Source of the DNA: a virus
UHGV virus genome: UHGV-0135757
DNA length: 10,798 nucleotides
Reading direction: 5' to 3' (one strand)
How positions within the stretch are numbered: the stretch's first letter is position 1; each line of letters starts with the position of its first letter. This document shows, piece by piece, positions 1 to 7,239 of the stretch. The notes below the pieces were generated by a model, which was not told where the DNA came from, ran no database searches, and saw nothing but the letters and a program-made list of their open reading frames with translations. Made by a program: the position numbers and the translations under genes.

Positions 1-110
1 GCGGTCATAAAACCGCCGCGAAGCAGTCGACCGATCATTCGAGTTCCACCTTCTTATTCATAAGGCGGGACACTTTCAGGATTTTGAATTTATTCAATTT
101 TTTCCTTTCT

Positions 111-142
111 CCAAAATCTCTCCAAAACGTTTCCCCAAAACT
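111..142. repeat. Three direct CCAAAA(C/T) repeats in the AT-rich region downstream of the integrase gene; possible integrase arm-type or IHF sites of the att region
   Basis: Seen directly: CCAAAAT (111-117), TCCAAAAC (121-128), CCCCAAAAC (134-142) in an AT-rich non-coding stretch just 3' of int. Assigning them to att is inference. Confidence 0.25.
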
Positions 143-204
143 AGGCCACGCATTTTACAACACTTTTTTCCTGAGATGGTGACGGATATTCCATATGGTG
201 TTTG

Positions 205-1323
205 TTAAATAACCAACTTAACCCATTCCTGACCTCGAGTATCGTTATAGCGATCGGTGGTTGCCTGGACTTTATGTCCTAGTAATGTTTTTGTATCGAT
301 ACCCTGTGCACGGTACAGCCGTTCTGATAGAGAGCGTTGTTCATGAAATGTTGGCGGAGTTTTTCCTGCTGGTGGAATTATCCCAGCCAGATCCCGTGCT
401 TTGGCAAAGTAGTCGCTCAGGTTGTCTTTACTCATCGGCTTCGGTTGTTTCTGGTGCCGACTATGGATTAGATATGGACTTAATATTCTGTCTCGGCACC
501 CATCAATAACTTCTTTTAACGTTATCCCAATGGCATCACAGCGTAGTGTAAGCGGTAACGCCAGACGCATTCCGGTTTTTCCCTGGGTGATATGCAAGTG
601 TTCGTTCCACACATCTGAAAAACGCATGTGGCAAATGTCATCACGGCGCTGACCAGTAACAATCGCAAGAAGCATTGCGTTACGGATAAAGTGTTTTTCA
701 GGCGTTGCATTGTAAATTTTTTGCCAGTCTTCCATGGTGAGCCTGGCTCTGGTTACTTTAGGGATCGGTTTACGGGTAGCCTCCGGAGGATTCCATCCAG
801 GAGGAACTTCCCCTGCATGCTGTGCTTCTTTATAAATATCAACCCATAATCCACGATTTACTCTCGCTGTGCTGACCATGTCTTTATCCAGCCACTCATC
901 CAGTATTAATGCAAAGTCTCTTACTTCCAGTTCTTTCAATGGGTGGTTTCCCAGACGGGAAACCAGGTATGCAGCCATTCGAGTTTTTTCTTTGTGAGTT
1001 GTAGCTGCAATATCTCCATTTTTCAGTCGTGTGTCCTGTATTTTCAGATATCGATCAACCCATGCCTTTAATCTGATACCCCGACGTTTTGTTGCTGACG
1101 GACTTTCATCAATTTTGCGCATGAAATATTCAGCTTCTGCTGCAGCTATTCGCTGATTGGCTGTGGAAGCGATTTTTTCTGCCTTACCTTTGTCTGTTCC
1201 GAGTCCGTGAAATTTTCCAGTCACAGGATTTTTATACTGGTAGTAAACTCTGCCAGTTCTGCGATCAAACTTTTCGTAAAGACCGGCTACGTCAGTGCTG
1301 TTTTTTCGTGGCCTCGGTGACAT
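205..1323 (-). CDS. int: Phage tyrosine integrase (site-specific recombinase)
   Basis: 372-aa ORF. C-terminus carries the tyrosine-recombinase signature H-x-x-R followed by the catalytic Tyr (HEQRSLSERLY). ATG at 1323 is preceded by AAGGAG about 10 nt upstream on the minus strand. Sits at the end of the module, overlapping an excisionase-like gene, as in lambda. Confidence 0.85.
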   Translation of the reverse strand: MSPRPRKNSTDVAGLYEKFDRRTGRVYYQYKNPVTGKFHGLGTDKGKAEKIASTANQRIAAAEAEYFMRKIDESPSATKRRGIRLKAWVDRYLKIQDTRLKNGDIAATTHKEKTRMAAYLVSRLGNHPLKELEVRDFALILDEWLDKDMVSTARVNRGLWVDIYKEAQHAGEVPPGWNPPEATRKPIPKVTRARLTMEDWQKIYNATPEKHFIRNAMLLAIVTGQRRDDICHMRFSDVWNEHLHITQGKTGMRLALPLTLRCDAIGITLKEVIDGCRDRILSPYLIHSRHQKQPKPMSKDNLSDYFAKARDLAGIIPPAGKTPPTFHEQRSLSERLYRAQGIDTKTLLGHKVQATTDRYNDTRGQEWVKLVI

Positions 1324-1561
1324 GAGTTAAAATCTCCTTCAGTGCATCATCATCGCCAGTATGAATTTCCGGCGCAATTCCCGTTTCACCAGGCCCAACA
1401 AATACTGCTCGGCGATCTATCAGCCAACGCCCACGAATTTTTTGTGGCCTTGGAACGATGTATCCTAGTTTTCCGTATTTCACCAGGGTAGTGTTTGTTA
1501 TTGGGAGACTGAACCGTTTTGGTTTCCACTCGTCGAGCGTTATCAGGTACTGTTCGCTCAT
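1292..1561 (-). CDS. xis: Excisionase (lambda Xis-like small DNA-binding protein)
   Basis: 89-aa ORF from ATG 1561 (GGAG 8 nt upstream); the ORF track starts it at GTG 1570. The N-terminal segment YLITLDEWKPKRFSLPITNTTLVKYGKLGYIVP resembles the lambda Xis winged-helix region (from memory). Its 3' end overlaps the int start by about 30 nt, as xis/int do in lambda. Confidence 0.65.
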   Translation of the reverse strand: MSEQYLITLDEWKPKRFSLPITNTTLVKYGKLGYIVPRPQKIRGRWLIDRRAVFVGPGETGIAPEIHTGDDDALKEILTHVTEATKKQH

Positions 1562-1622
1562 GGCTATCACTCCGGAACGCGCCAGTTGCAGAATATCAAC
1601 GACAACTGGCGACGGTTGAACA

Positions 1623-4064
1623 TTAAAAATCAGCCTGACTCGGGATCAGTTTTTGCCAGATAACTGAAACGTATTTTGCCTGGTAACGGGCGTCATCAAG
1701 TGCATTATGGCGCTCACCTTCGAATGGAATAGCCGTTCTGGCATCGAAGTCTATGGCTTTCCCCAGCTCAACGATTGTGCGTACATCGCGATCGTTGTAG
1801 TAACGCCACGGGCAGGGGATCCCCTGCCGTTCGTATGAACGGCGCAAAATCGTGTTGTCGAAGTTGGCTCCATTTCCCCAGACCTGAACAAAAAATTCAC
1901 CGGAGTTTTCGTCGATAAATTCCCGCAATTGTAACAGTGCATCATCTAACGGGATTTCATCGGTCATAATGGCAGATTGCGCTTCGCGTGATTGCTTAAG
2001 CCACCATTTAATGGTGTCCCGATCAATGACTCCGCCAGCAGTTTCCAGATCGATAGTCTTACTAAATTCCGGTCCCATATCTCCGGTTTGCGGATCGAAA
2101 AATATTGCACCTATTGAGATGATCGGGGCATCAGGATTTTTTCCCATGGTTTCAAGGTCGATCATTAGATGGTCACACGTCCTGCTGGTGGATGTGATTT
2201 CTTGATGACCGTTCACCTTAATTGAGTGATCTGCCGTCTCGCCAGTTTCATTATCGCTATCGTGATGCTGATTGCCGCCAGTGTTCTCCTTGTGTGGATG
2301 TTCAGCGCCTTCCATTTCCTCCGGATCATCTTCCTGAACTTCAGGCTGATTCTCTCCATCGAATATTTCCAGGCATGTTGCGTCACCCATCACCGCACCA
2401 CAATCAGGGCAGTTGCCGCCACCGCTCTGACCGCAGGCGGTGCAGACTTTTTCCACTTCCTGTTGCGCCACTGGTTCGGATTGTTTCGTTTCTGGCTCGT
2501 TTTGTAACGCATTTGGGCTGTTTTGTTCCGCTTTTTGGTCGTTCCGTTCCGATTCATGCTGGTTCTGGTTCACAGAATCGCGAGTCTGGATCCCTTTGAC
2601 CCATTTCGGATCATTCGGGTCGCTAATCCCCTCAACAAATTCACCACGCGATACAGCAAGTAACTTATCGGCGTCAGGCTGGCTGATATTGGCTGCCTGC
2701 ATAATTTTGTTTACTTCGTCAGCGGTGACTTTTACTTGGTTAGCGGAACTCACCTGCGACTGAGCATCCAGCGACTGCGCGTTCTGGCCATGTTCAGTTG
2801 TATCCGGTTCCATTGTTTCAGTTGTTGCCTGTTCACCTGCCATTGCGTCAGATGGTTGTGGTTTTTCTTCTTCTGTTTCACGCTCAGTAACCACCTCGCG
2901 GTTAATTTCTTCCAGGATATCTTTTTCCGGCGTATGCCGGGCAGCTGTGAGAGTTTCCTTGCTGGGGTTCTCGTGATCAGTTTCCGTCAAATAGGCGTTG
3001 ATATACCCCTGAAGGCGTCCCGGGTAGTGATAAAATTCAGGGTGTGCGCTTCGGATAAGTGCAAAAATAGCGGCGCGGGAATAGTCCAGAATACCCGGGG
3101 TTGCACGAAGTGCTGCGGACCATTCTTTGAACGGATTTTCTTTGTTCAGAACTACTTCTTTTGCGCGACGATAAACGCTGCCCGGAATTTCATAAATATT
3201 AAAATCCATCGGAAGTGTGGCTGCTGCAATCTCCACATCCAGTGTGTCGAGGGTGTGTACTAAATTCGGATTGCGATCGGTTTTGTTCCCACCGCCAGCA
3301 TTAGCACCGGAAGCCGTGCGGGTGATGCGTGAAACACGATTTCCTTTCATCCACTCTTTTGTCAGCAGACCCCGATCAGTGTAGTCAGCGTCCAGGTATG
3401 CTTCGAAAAAAGCAGTTATTAGTCCCAGGTCTGAATTACCAGGATTAGGGAAAACTTTGTCAGTGTCACGAACCAGTTTGTGGAGGTCGCGAATCTCCAG
3501 CGAGTCGAGCAGACTGGTTTTATGCGAAATAGCCAGGGCAGTAACAGCCGGTAGTTCTTCAGCCCGTGCAATGTGTAATGCCTGGAGTTCGTCGCGTGAA
3601 ACGTGCGTTACTGGTTTTTCGCTGCCGTGTTGAGCAAGCCAACGAATGGGCAGTTCCTGACCGGAGACAGGCAGAAGCATGCTCTCCTCAATCTCAGTCA
3701 TGTCTTCGCCGTTGATGTTGGTATTGTCAGTGCTGGCTGGTTTGTCCTGAACAGAGGGGGAAGGGCCGATAAATGTCATTGTGATGCCATCTTTCCCGCC
3801 TTTTTCATAGCGGTTGCAGAATTCAGTATCAAACACGCCTTCTGGCGGAAGGTCGTCAACAACGGGCAAATTGACGCGGACGGGTTTTTTAAAGTCGTCT
3901 TCATCATAATCGTTGTCATCCATTGCGGTAATGCAGCGGGAGATTGCAACAGATAATTTTTTTGCTGTAGTCCAGTAAAAACCACCTTTAATTCCTAGGC
4001 GTTTTCTTACTTTGTCATTTTTTGCTTCGCAATATAGTGCAAATTCTTCTTTATCAGTGCTCAT
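1623..4064 (-). CDS. Large prophage protein: RecE-like N-terminal region, a Cys-cluster (zinc-ribbon-like) motif, and a C-terminal DnaQ-type DEDDh 3'-5' exonuclease domain
   Basis: 813-aa ORF. C-terminal ~190 aa show the three DEDDh motifs: Exo I MIDLETMG, Exo [14 protein letters not shown], Exo [12 protein letters not shown]. The middle is acidic and Q-rich with [24 protein letters not shown]. The N-terminal ~550 aa resemble the non-nuclease N-terminal part of Rac RecE as I recall it. Start ATG at 4064 has GAGG about 10 nt upstream. Confidence 0.8.
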   Translation of the reverse strand: MSTDKEEFALYCEAKNDKVRKRLGIKGGFYWTTAKKLSVAISRCITAMDDNDYDEDDFKKPVRVNLPVVDDLPPEGVFDTEFCNRYEKGGKDGITMTFIGPSPSVQDKPASTDNTNINGEDMTEIEESMLLPVSGQELPIRWLAQHGSEKPVTHVSRDELQALHIARAEELPAVTALAISHKTSLLDSLEIRDLHKLVRDTDKVFPNPGNSDLGLITAFFEAYLDADYTDRGLLTKEWMKGNRVSRITRTASGANAGGGNKTDRNPNLVHTLDTLDVEIAAATLPMDFNIYEIPGSVYRRAKEVVLNKENPFKEWSAALRATPGILDYSRAAIFALIRSAHPEFYHYPGRLQGYINAYLTETDHENPSKETLTAARHTPEKDILEEINREVVTERETEEEKPQPSDAMAGEQATTETMEPDTTEHGQNAQSLDAQSQVSSANQVKVTADEVNKIMQAANISQPDADKLLAVSRGEFVEGISDPNDPKWVKGIQTRDSVNQNQHESERNDQKAEQNSPNALQNEPETKQSEPVAQQEVEKVCTACGQSGGGNCPDCGAVMGDATCLEIFDGENQPEVQEDDPEEMEGAEHPHKENTGGNQHHDSDNETGETADHSIKVNGHQEITSTSRTCDHLMIDLETMGKNPDAPIISIGAIFFDPQTGDMGPEFSKTIDLETAGGVIDRDTIKWWLKQSREAQSAIMTDEIPLDDALLQLREFIDENSGEFFVQVWGNGANFDNTILRRSYERQGIPCPWRYYNDRDVRTIVELGKAIDFDARTAIPFEGERHNALDDARYQAKYVSVIWQKLIPSQADF

Positions 4065-4157
4065 TATTGGTAAACCTCATCACAGATTTAAGGGTGAACA
4101 AATCTCTGCCATTGCTGACATATAAGAATGAAACTGGATATTTATTACGGTGCTGTT

Positions 4158-4358
4158 TTAAAATCCTGCCGGGATTTCGTTATTATCCTGGTGAATAACT
4201 TTATCGACCGGATAACAGTTGCCTGGAATTTTCTGTTCGGTTGCTGCTGCCATACATTCCTGCATTGTTCTGTGAACACTGACTGCAATATCAACTGGCT
4301 CTCCGGAAACAAGAAAAACCGTCAGAATAAGTGCAAATACTGGATTCATTGTGCTCAT
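4158..4358 (-). CDS. Hypothetical small protein (66 aa) with hydrophobic N-terminal segment; possible membrane or secreted peptide
   Basis: ATG at 4358 overlaps the stop of the upstream small ORF as ATGA, suggesting translational coupling. N-terminus MSTMNPVFALILTVFLVSGEP is strongly hydrophobic. No family recognised. The track's longer 81-aa form starts further upstream without coupling. Confidence 0.4.
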   Translation of the reverse strand: MSTMNPVFALILTVFLVSGEPVDIAVSVHRTMQECMAAATEQKIPGNCYPVDKVIHQDNNEIPAGF

Positions 4359-4534
4359 CCTTTTGGCATCAGACGTAAACGGGCCAGCATTGAAACAATG
4401 CATACTTTATTTAATAACTCCCGTTCGTGTTTTCTTTTGTTAATGGCATCTTCAGTAAATACAGGATTACTGATAGTGACACCAATTTCAAAACAACCTT
4501 CAGACGTATTAACGTTTGGTAATAACGTTTTCAT
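4355..4534 (-). CDS. Hypothetical small protein (59 aa)
   Basis: Internal ATG at 4534 has GAGGG 7 nt upstream on the minus strand. It is the first ORF after the long leftward leader. It is not arginine-rich at the N-terminus, so it is not an obvious N-type antiterminator. No family recognised. Confidence 0.35.
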   Translation of the reverse strand: MKTLLPNVNTSEGCFEIGVTISNPVFTEDAINKRKHERELLNKVCIVSMLARLRLMPKG

Positions 4535-5189
4535 TATCGCGCCCTCAACAATGAGTTTTGTGATGCGGTGCCTGGTGCCTCCAGGTGACGTTAACCAGTT
4601 AACAATTAACGCCGGATACAGAGAATCCACCCATAACACTGTTTTTGGTTTTAACTGTTCCGCGTGCGCTTAGCCGCATTCACCGCATCACAAAATTCAC
4701 TTTAAAAAGGGCGGCAGAGCAGTCACGGAGTAAAACTGATACCGCCAAACGTCACCAGAAAATTGATAACAGAGGGCGTTGCAGCGGGGTTGTCACTTAA
4801 GCGTATGGTCAACCTGACAATCCGGTGTCCTCAACGGGGAAAGAGTAACCCCGCCATACTTACCGCCGCGCCATTTCGCGGATTACCACAACGCTGAGAG
4901 CACTTAGCCAGTTACGGCACCACACTTTGTCGCGGTTCCATAAATGCCCTCATCGTTGCACCCTGGTCTCTTCCCAGGCGTCAAACCGGATCGCCGCGCT
5001 GGTTAGGCGTCTTATCAGCATCATCATTGACTTGCACATTCCGGCTACCTGGTTTGTTTGCCCGAGCAAGGAGTGGATTGTCCCCTTTAACGTCCCCAGA
5101 CCGCTAACGACGCATGTGCCATACGCCGTGTTACAACCAAATTTTGTTAGTACCTTGTTTGTTGGTCTGGAAAGAAAGATAAAATGAAG

Positions 5190-5228
5190 TTGCGCATTAT
5201 GCAAGTGTTTTTATTGCGAGATATGCAA
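5190..5228. promoter_or_regulatory. OL-like operator pair: two 15-bp TTGC-N7-GCAA palindromes, presumably overlapping the leftward early promoter
   Basis: Seen directly: TTGCgcattatGCAA (5190-5204) and TTGCgagatatGCAA (5214-5228), centres 24 bp apart. The same TTGC-N7-GCAA pattern recurs between the repressor and cro-like genes (5997-6011). A CATAAT -10-like hexamer lies between them on the minus strand. Confidence 0.45.
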
Positions 5229-5240
5229 TTTGATGGGTAA

Positions 5241-5262
5241 TGAAAAGCCACCTTCGGGTGGC
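5241..5262 (-). terminator. Rho-independent terminator downstream of the repressor gene
   Basis: On the minus strand: GCCACC-CGAA-GGUGGC (6-bp GC-rich stem, 4-nt loop) followed by UUUUCAUUA, about 20 nt after the repressor stop. On the plus strand the hairpin is not followed by a U-tract, so it is unidirectional. Confidence 0.55.
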
Positions 5263-5283
5263 TAATTGATGAGGAAGTAAGGG

Positions 5284-5976
5284 TTAATTGTGTCGTTTAA
5301 GGGTTTGTGACTGGCTGATTAAGACCTTTCCAAAGACCATAAACCGGTGTTCATTTTCGCTGGTAATTCCCCATTCACGGTAAATCTGGTTATCAGAAAT
5401 CACCAGCAGTTTGTCAGGAATCATTTGAAGTCTTTTAACGTATATTTTGTCATCAAAACCAAAGACATATATACCATCACCATCAAACTGATTGATGCTG
5501 ACATCAACGAAGATGAGATCTCCTGGCTCAATGGTTGGACACATACTGTCCCCACGAACGTTGATAACTTTAATGTGATTGGCTGGTCGTCCGCCAAACA
5601 TCGATACAGCATTATCAGTTCTGTATTCAATGGCATGAATCACATCAATGACATCACCGCCCTGGATAAGGCCATTTCCCGCACTGGCACTGACATCCAG
5701 CATTTCAATACGGAATACATCCTTCACCTGCGCAACATCCTCATTATTACTGTTTTTATATACAGTATTACTTTTGAGGGCAGAGGTAAAGAGATCAGCA
5801 ATATCAACACCTAAGCTCCTGGCAATATTACTCAGGGCTTGTTCAGTGAATTGTTTCTGCTTACCTGTTTCCAGGCGCGAGATATTCGCCGCATCCACTC
5901 CTATTGCTTCAGCGAGATCGGCGATTTTCATGTTCTTCGCCTGGCGAAGTTGTCTGACTCGGTTTCCTATGTTCAT
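5284..5976 (-). CDS. CI-type prophage repressor (N-terminal XRE-family HTH, C-terminal S24 LexA-like autopeptidase domain)
   Basis: 230-aa ORF. N-terminus MNIGNRVRQLRQAKNMKIADLAEAIGVDAANISRLETG is a classic HTH. C-terminus has the S24 serine motif VRGDSM and a downstream Lys (YVKRL), with an Ala-Gly pair in the linker (SASAGNG) as a possible RecA-stimulated cleavage site. Divergent from a Cro-like gene across an operator-rich intergenic region. Confidence 0.9.
   Translation of the reverse strand: MNIGNRVRQLRQAKNMKIADLAEAIGVDAANISRLETGKQKQFTEQALSNIARSLGVDIADLFTSALKSNTVYKNSNNEDVAQVKDVFRIEMLDVSASAGNGLIQGGDVIDVIHAIEYRTDNAVSMFGGRPANHIKVINVRGDSMCPTIEPGDLIFVDVSINQFDGDGIYVFGFDDKIYVKRLQMIPDKLLVISDNQIYREWGITSENEHRFMVFGKVLISQSQTLKRHN
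5748..5767. promoter_or_regulatory. Near-consensus LexA (SOS) box inside the repressor gene's linker-coding region
   Basis: Seen directly: TACTGTTTTTATATACAGTA matches the E. coli LexA-box consensus TACTGT(AT)4ACAGTA at 18 of 20 positions, with CTGT-N8-ACAG intact. It encodes residues NTVYKNS between the HTH and peptidase domains. Confidence 0.45.
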
Positions 5977-5996
5977 GCGTTTATTACATTTCTTTA

Positions 5997-6066
5997 TTGC
6001 GCGTTAAGCAAATCAACTTGCGCAAAATATTTGCGTGAAATAATATGCTCATCACGCAATATGTGG
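5997..6066. promoter_or_regulatory. OR-like operator region with candidate rightward promoter (-35 TTGCGC 6018-6023, 17-bp spacer, -10 TAATAT 6041-6046)
   Basis: Seen directly: TTGC-N7-GCAA palindrome at 5997-6011, the self-complementary TTGCGCAA at 6018-6025, and further TTGCG/CGCAA half-sites to 6060. The promoter-like hexamers have correct spacing and lie about 28 nt upstream of the cro-like start. Strong GGAGG SD at 6066-6070. Confidence 0.5.
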
Positions 6067-6073
6067 AGGTTAT

Positions 6074-6334
6074 ATGCAATCACCATTACGAAATGTGCGT
6101 AAGGCGCACGGGTTTACTTTGCAGCATGTTGCTGCGGGCGTTCAGGTTAATCCAGCAACGCTGAGTCGTATTGAGAGACTGGAACAAATTCCATCTATCG
6201 ATCTTGCAGAGCGTCTGGCCAATTTTTTTAAGGGTGAAATCAGCGAAATGCAGATTCTTTATCCGGCACGTTTTCAATCTAGCCAAAACCAGAATGGGTT
6301 TAAACCACAGGAACAGGAGGTGAACCGTGGGTAA
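6074..6334 (+). CDS. Cro-like small HTH transcriptional regulator (XRE family)
   Basis: 86-aa ORF with GGAGG 4 nt upstream of the ATG. HTH-like segment HGFTLQHVAAGVQVNPATLSRIERLEQIPS. Divergent from the repressor gene. Confidence 0.8.
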   Translation: MQSPLRNVRKAHGFTLQHVAAGVQVNPATLSRIERLEQIPSIDLAERLANFFKGEISEMQILYPARFQSSQNQNGFKPQEQEVNRG

Positions 6335-6884
6335 GCATCACTGGAAAATAGAAAAACAGCCTGAGTGGTACGTGAAAGCTGTCAGAAAAACTATCGCGGC
6401 GTTGCCGGGGGGTTACGCTGAAGCTGCTGAGTGGCTGGATGTAACAGAGAACGCTTTATTCAACCGCCTTCGTGCAGATGGCGATCAGATTTTCCCGCTG
6501 GGATGGGCAATGGTTTTACAGCGTGCTGGTGGCACTCACTTCATTGCTGATGCTGTGGCGCAGTCTGCAAATGGCGTCTTTGTGTCTCTTCCTGACGTCG
6601 AGGATGTGGACAACGCCGATATTAACCAGCGCCTGCTGGAAGTCATTGAACAGATTGGCAGTTATTCCAAACAGATTCGTTCGGCAATCGAAGACGGTGT
6701 GGTGGAACCGCATGAGAAGACAGCAATTAACGACGAGCTGTATCTCTCAATTTCGAAGCTGCAGGAGCATGCAGCACTGGTCTACAAAATCTTTTGCATT
6801 TCAGAAAGTAATGACGCCCGCGAGTGTGCAGCTCCGGGCGTCGTGGCGTCGATTGCTTCTGGTTGTGGAGAAACTAACGCATGA
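6327..6884 (+). CDS. Phage 186 CII-like (CP76-family) lysogeny-establishment regulator
   Basis: 185-aa ORF starting at GTG 6327 with AGGAGG 6 nt upstream, overlapping the cro-like stop. Sits where a cII-type gene is expected. Layout and the segment [35 protein letters not shown] resemble phage 186 CII as I recall it; needs a profile search. Confidence 0.6.
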   Translation: MGKHHWKIEKQPEWYVKAVRKTIAALPGGYAEAAEWLDVTENALFNRLRADGDQIFPLGWAMVLQRAGGTHFIADAVAQSANGVFVSLPDVEDVDNADINQRLLEVIEQIGSYSKQIRSAIEDGVVEPHEKTAINDELYLSISKLQEHAALVYKIFCISESNDARECAAPGVVASIASGCGETNA

Positions 6885-7239
6885 ACAGTTTAACAACACA
6901 CTACCGTCGCTCGCAACTGATTGCGCTTCCTGTACCGGGTGGAAAAGCGAAGGTGGAGTATTGCTATGCAGTGAATGTACCAGGTGACAGGGAAATTGTA
7001 ACCCACAGCTTTGCTGAGTGGGCTGTGGGTGATTTCAACCGGCAGAAGGAGACAGTCCTTTGCGAGAAGTTAACCGCTGGTTCAAAGATCACTACGGAGT
7101 GCCCGTCAGAGTCATTCGTTGGGAGCCGGAAACACAACGGGTTATCTACCTCCGCGAAGGCTATGAGCATGAGTGCTTCAGCCCGCTCGAACAGTTTCGT
7201 CGTAAATTCAGGGAAATAGAGGTCGGTCATGAGCACTAA
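6881..7239 (+). pseudogene. Small hypothetical gene with an apparent frame switch (frame 2 to frame 1 near 7033-7075); possible frameshift pseudogene or sequencing indel
   Basis: ATG 6881 overlaps the previous stop as ATGA. The frame-2 product looks protein-like only to about CEKLTAG (~7075), then turns into a low-complexity Ser-rich tail. Frame 1, open from 7033 to TAA 7237-7239, encodes a protein-like tail ...[56 protein letters not shown] with no in-frame ATG. Confidence 0.4.

Noticed and set aside
1-80. Possible tRNA 3' end or hairpin (GCGGT-cataaa-ACCGC) at the window start, as an integration target
   Set aside because: I could not find a T-arm (GGTTCGAATCC-like) or acceptor/CCA structure on either strand; only a short 5-bp hairpin. 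Insufficient to call a tRNA.
1969-3263. Plus-strand ORFs (1969-2205, 2222-2599, 2226-2507, 2440-2763, 2736-3263) inside the 813-aa exonuclease gene
   Set aside because: All are antisense to a long ORF with recognisable motifs; their products are Cys/Trp/Phe-rich or low-complexity and have no start-site support.
4161-4178. Hairpin AAATCC-tgccg-GGATTT at the 3' end of the 66-aa ORF, possible terminator
   Set aside because: AT-rich 6-bp stem with a weak U-tract, located inside coding sequence and upstream of a gene that must be transcribed; more likely incidental.
4128-4673. 181-aa plus-strand ORF
   Set aside because: Antisense to the coupled small ORF pair; product is Cys- and Phe-rich and not protein-like; no convincing ribosome-binding site.
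4927-5204. Overlapping opposite-strand ORFs 4927-5187 (+) and 4950-5204 (-)
   Set aside because: They occupy the same DNA on opposite strands, the minus one starts at TTG inside the operator palindrome, and neither has a convincing RBS or protein-like composition. I treat the region as non-coding leader.
5184-5237. 17-codon micro-ORF (MKLRIMQVFLLRDMQFDG) on the plus strand
   Set aside because: It overlaps both OL-like palindromes and is most likely a by-product of operator sequence; too short to support without expression data.
5347-6102. Plus-strand ORFs 5347-5814, 5648-6007 and 5839-6102, and minus ORF 5421-5636
   Set aside because: They are antisense to, or out of frame within, the well-supported CI-type repressor gene and the operator region; no independent support.
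6472-6987. 171-aa plus-strand ORF in an alternative frame
   Set aside because: Overlaps the cII-like gene out of frame; product is Trp/Cys/Arg-rich and not protein-like.
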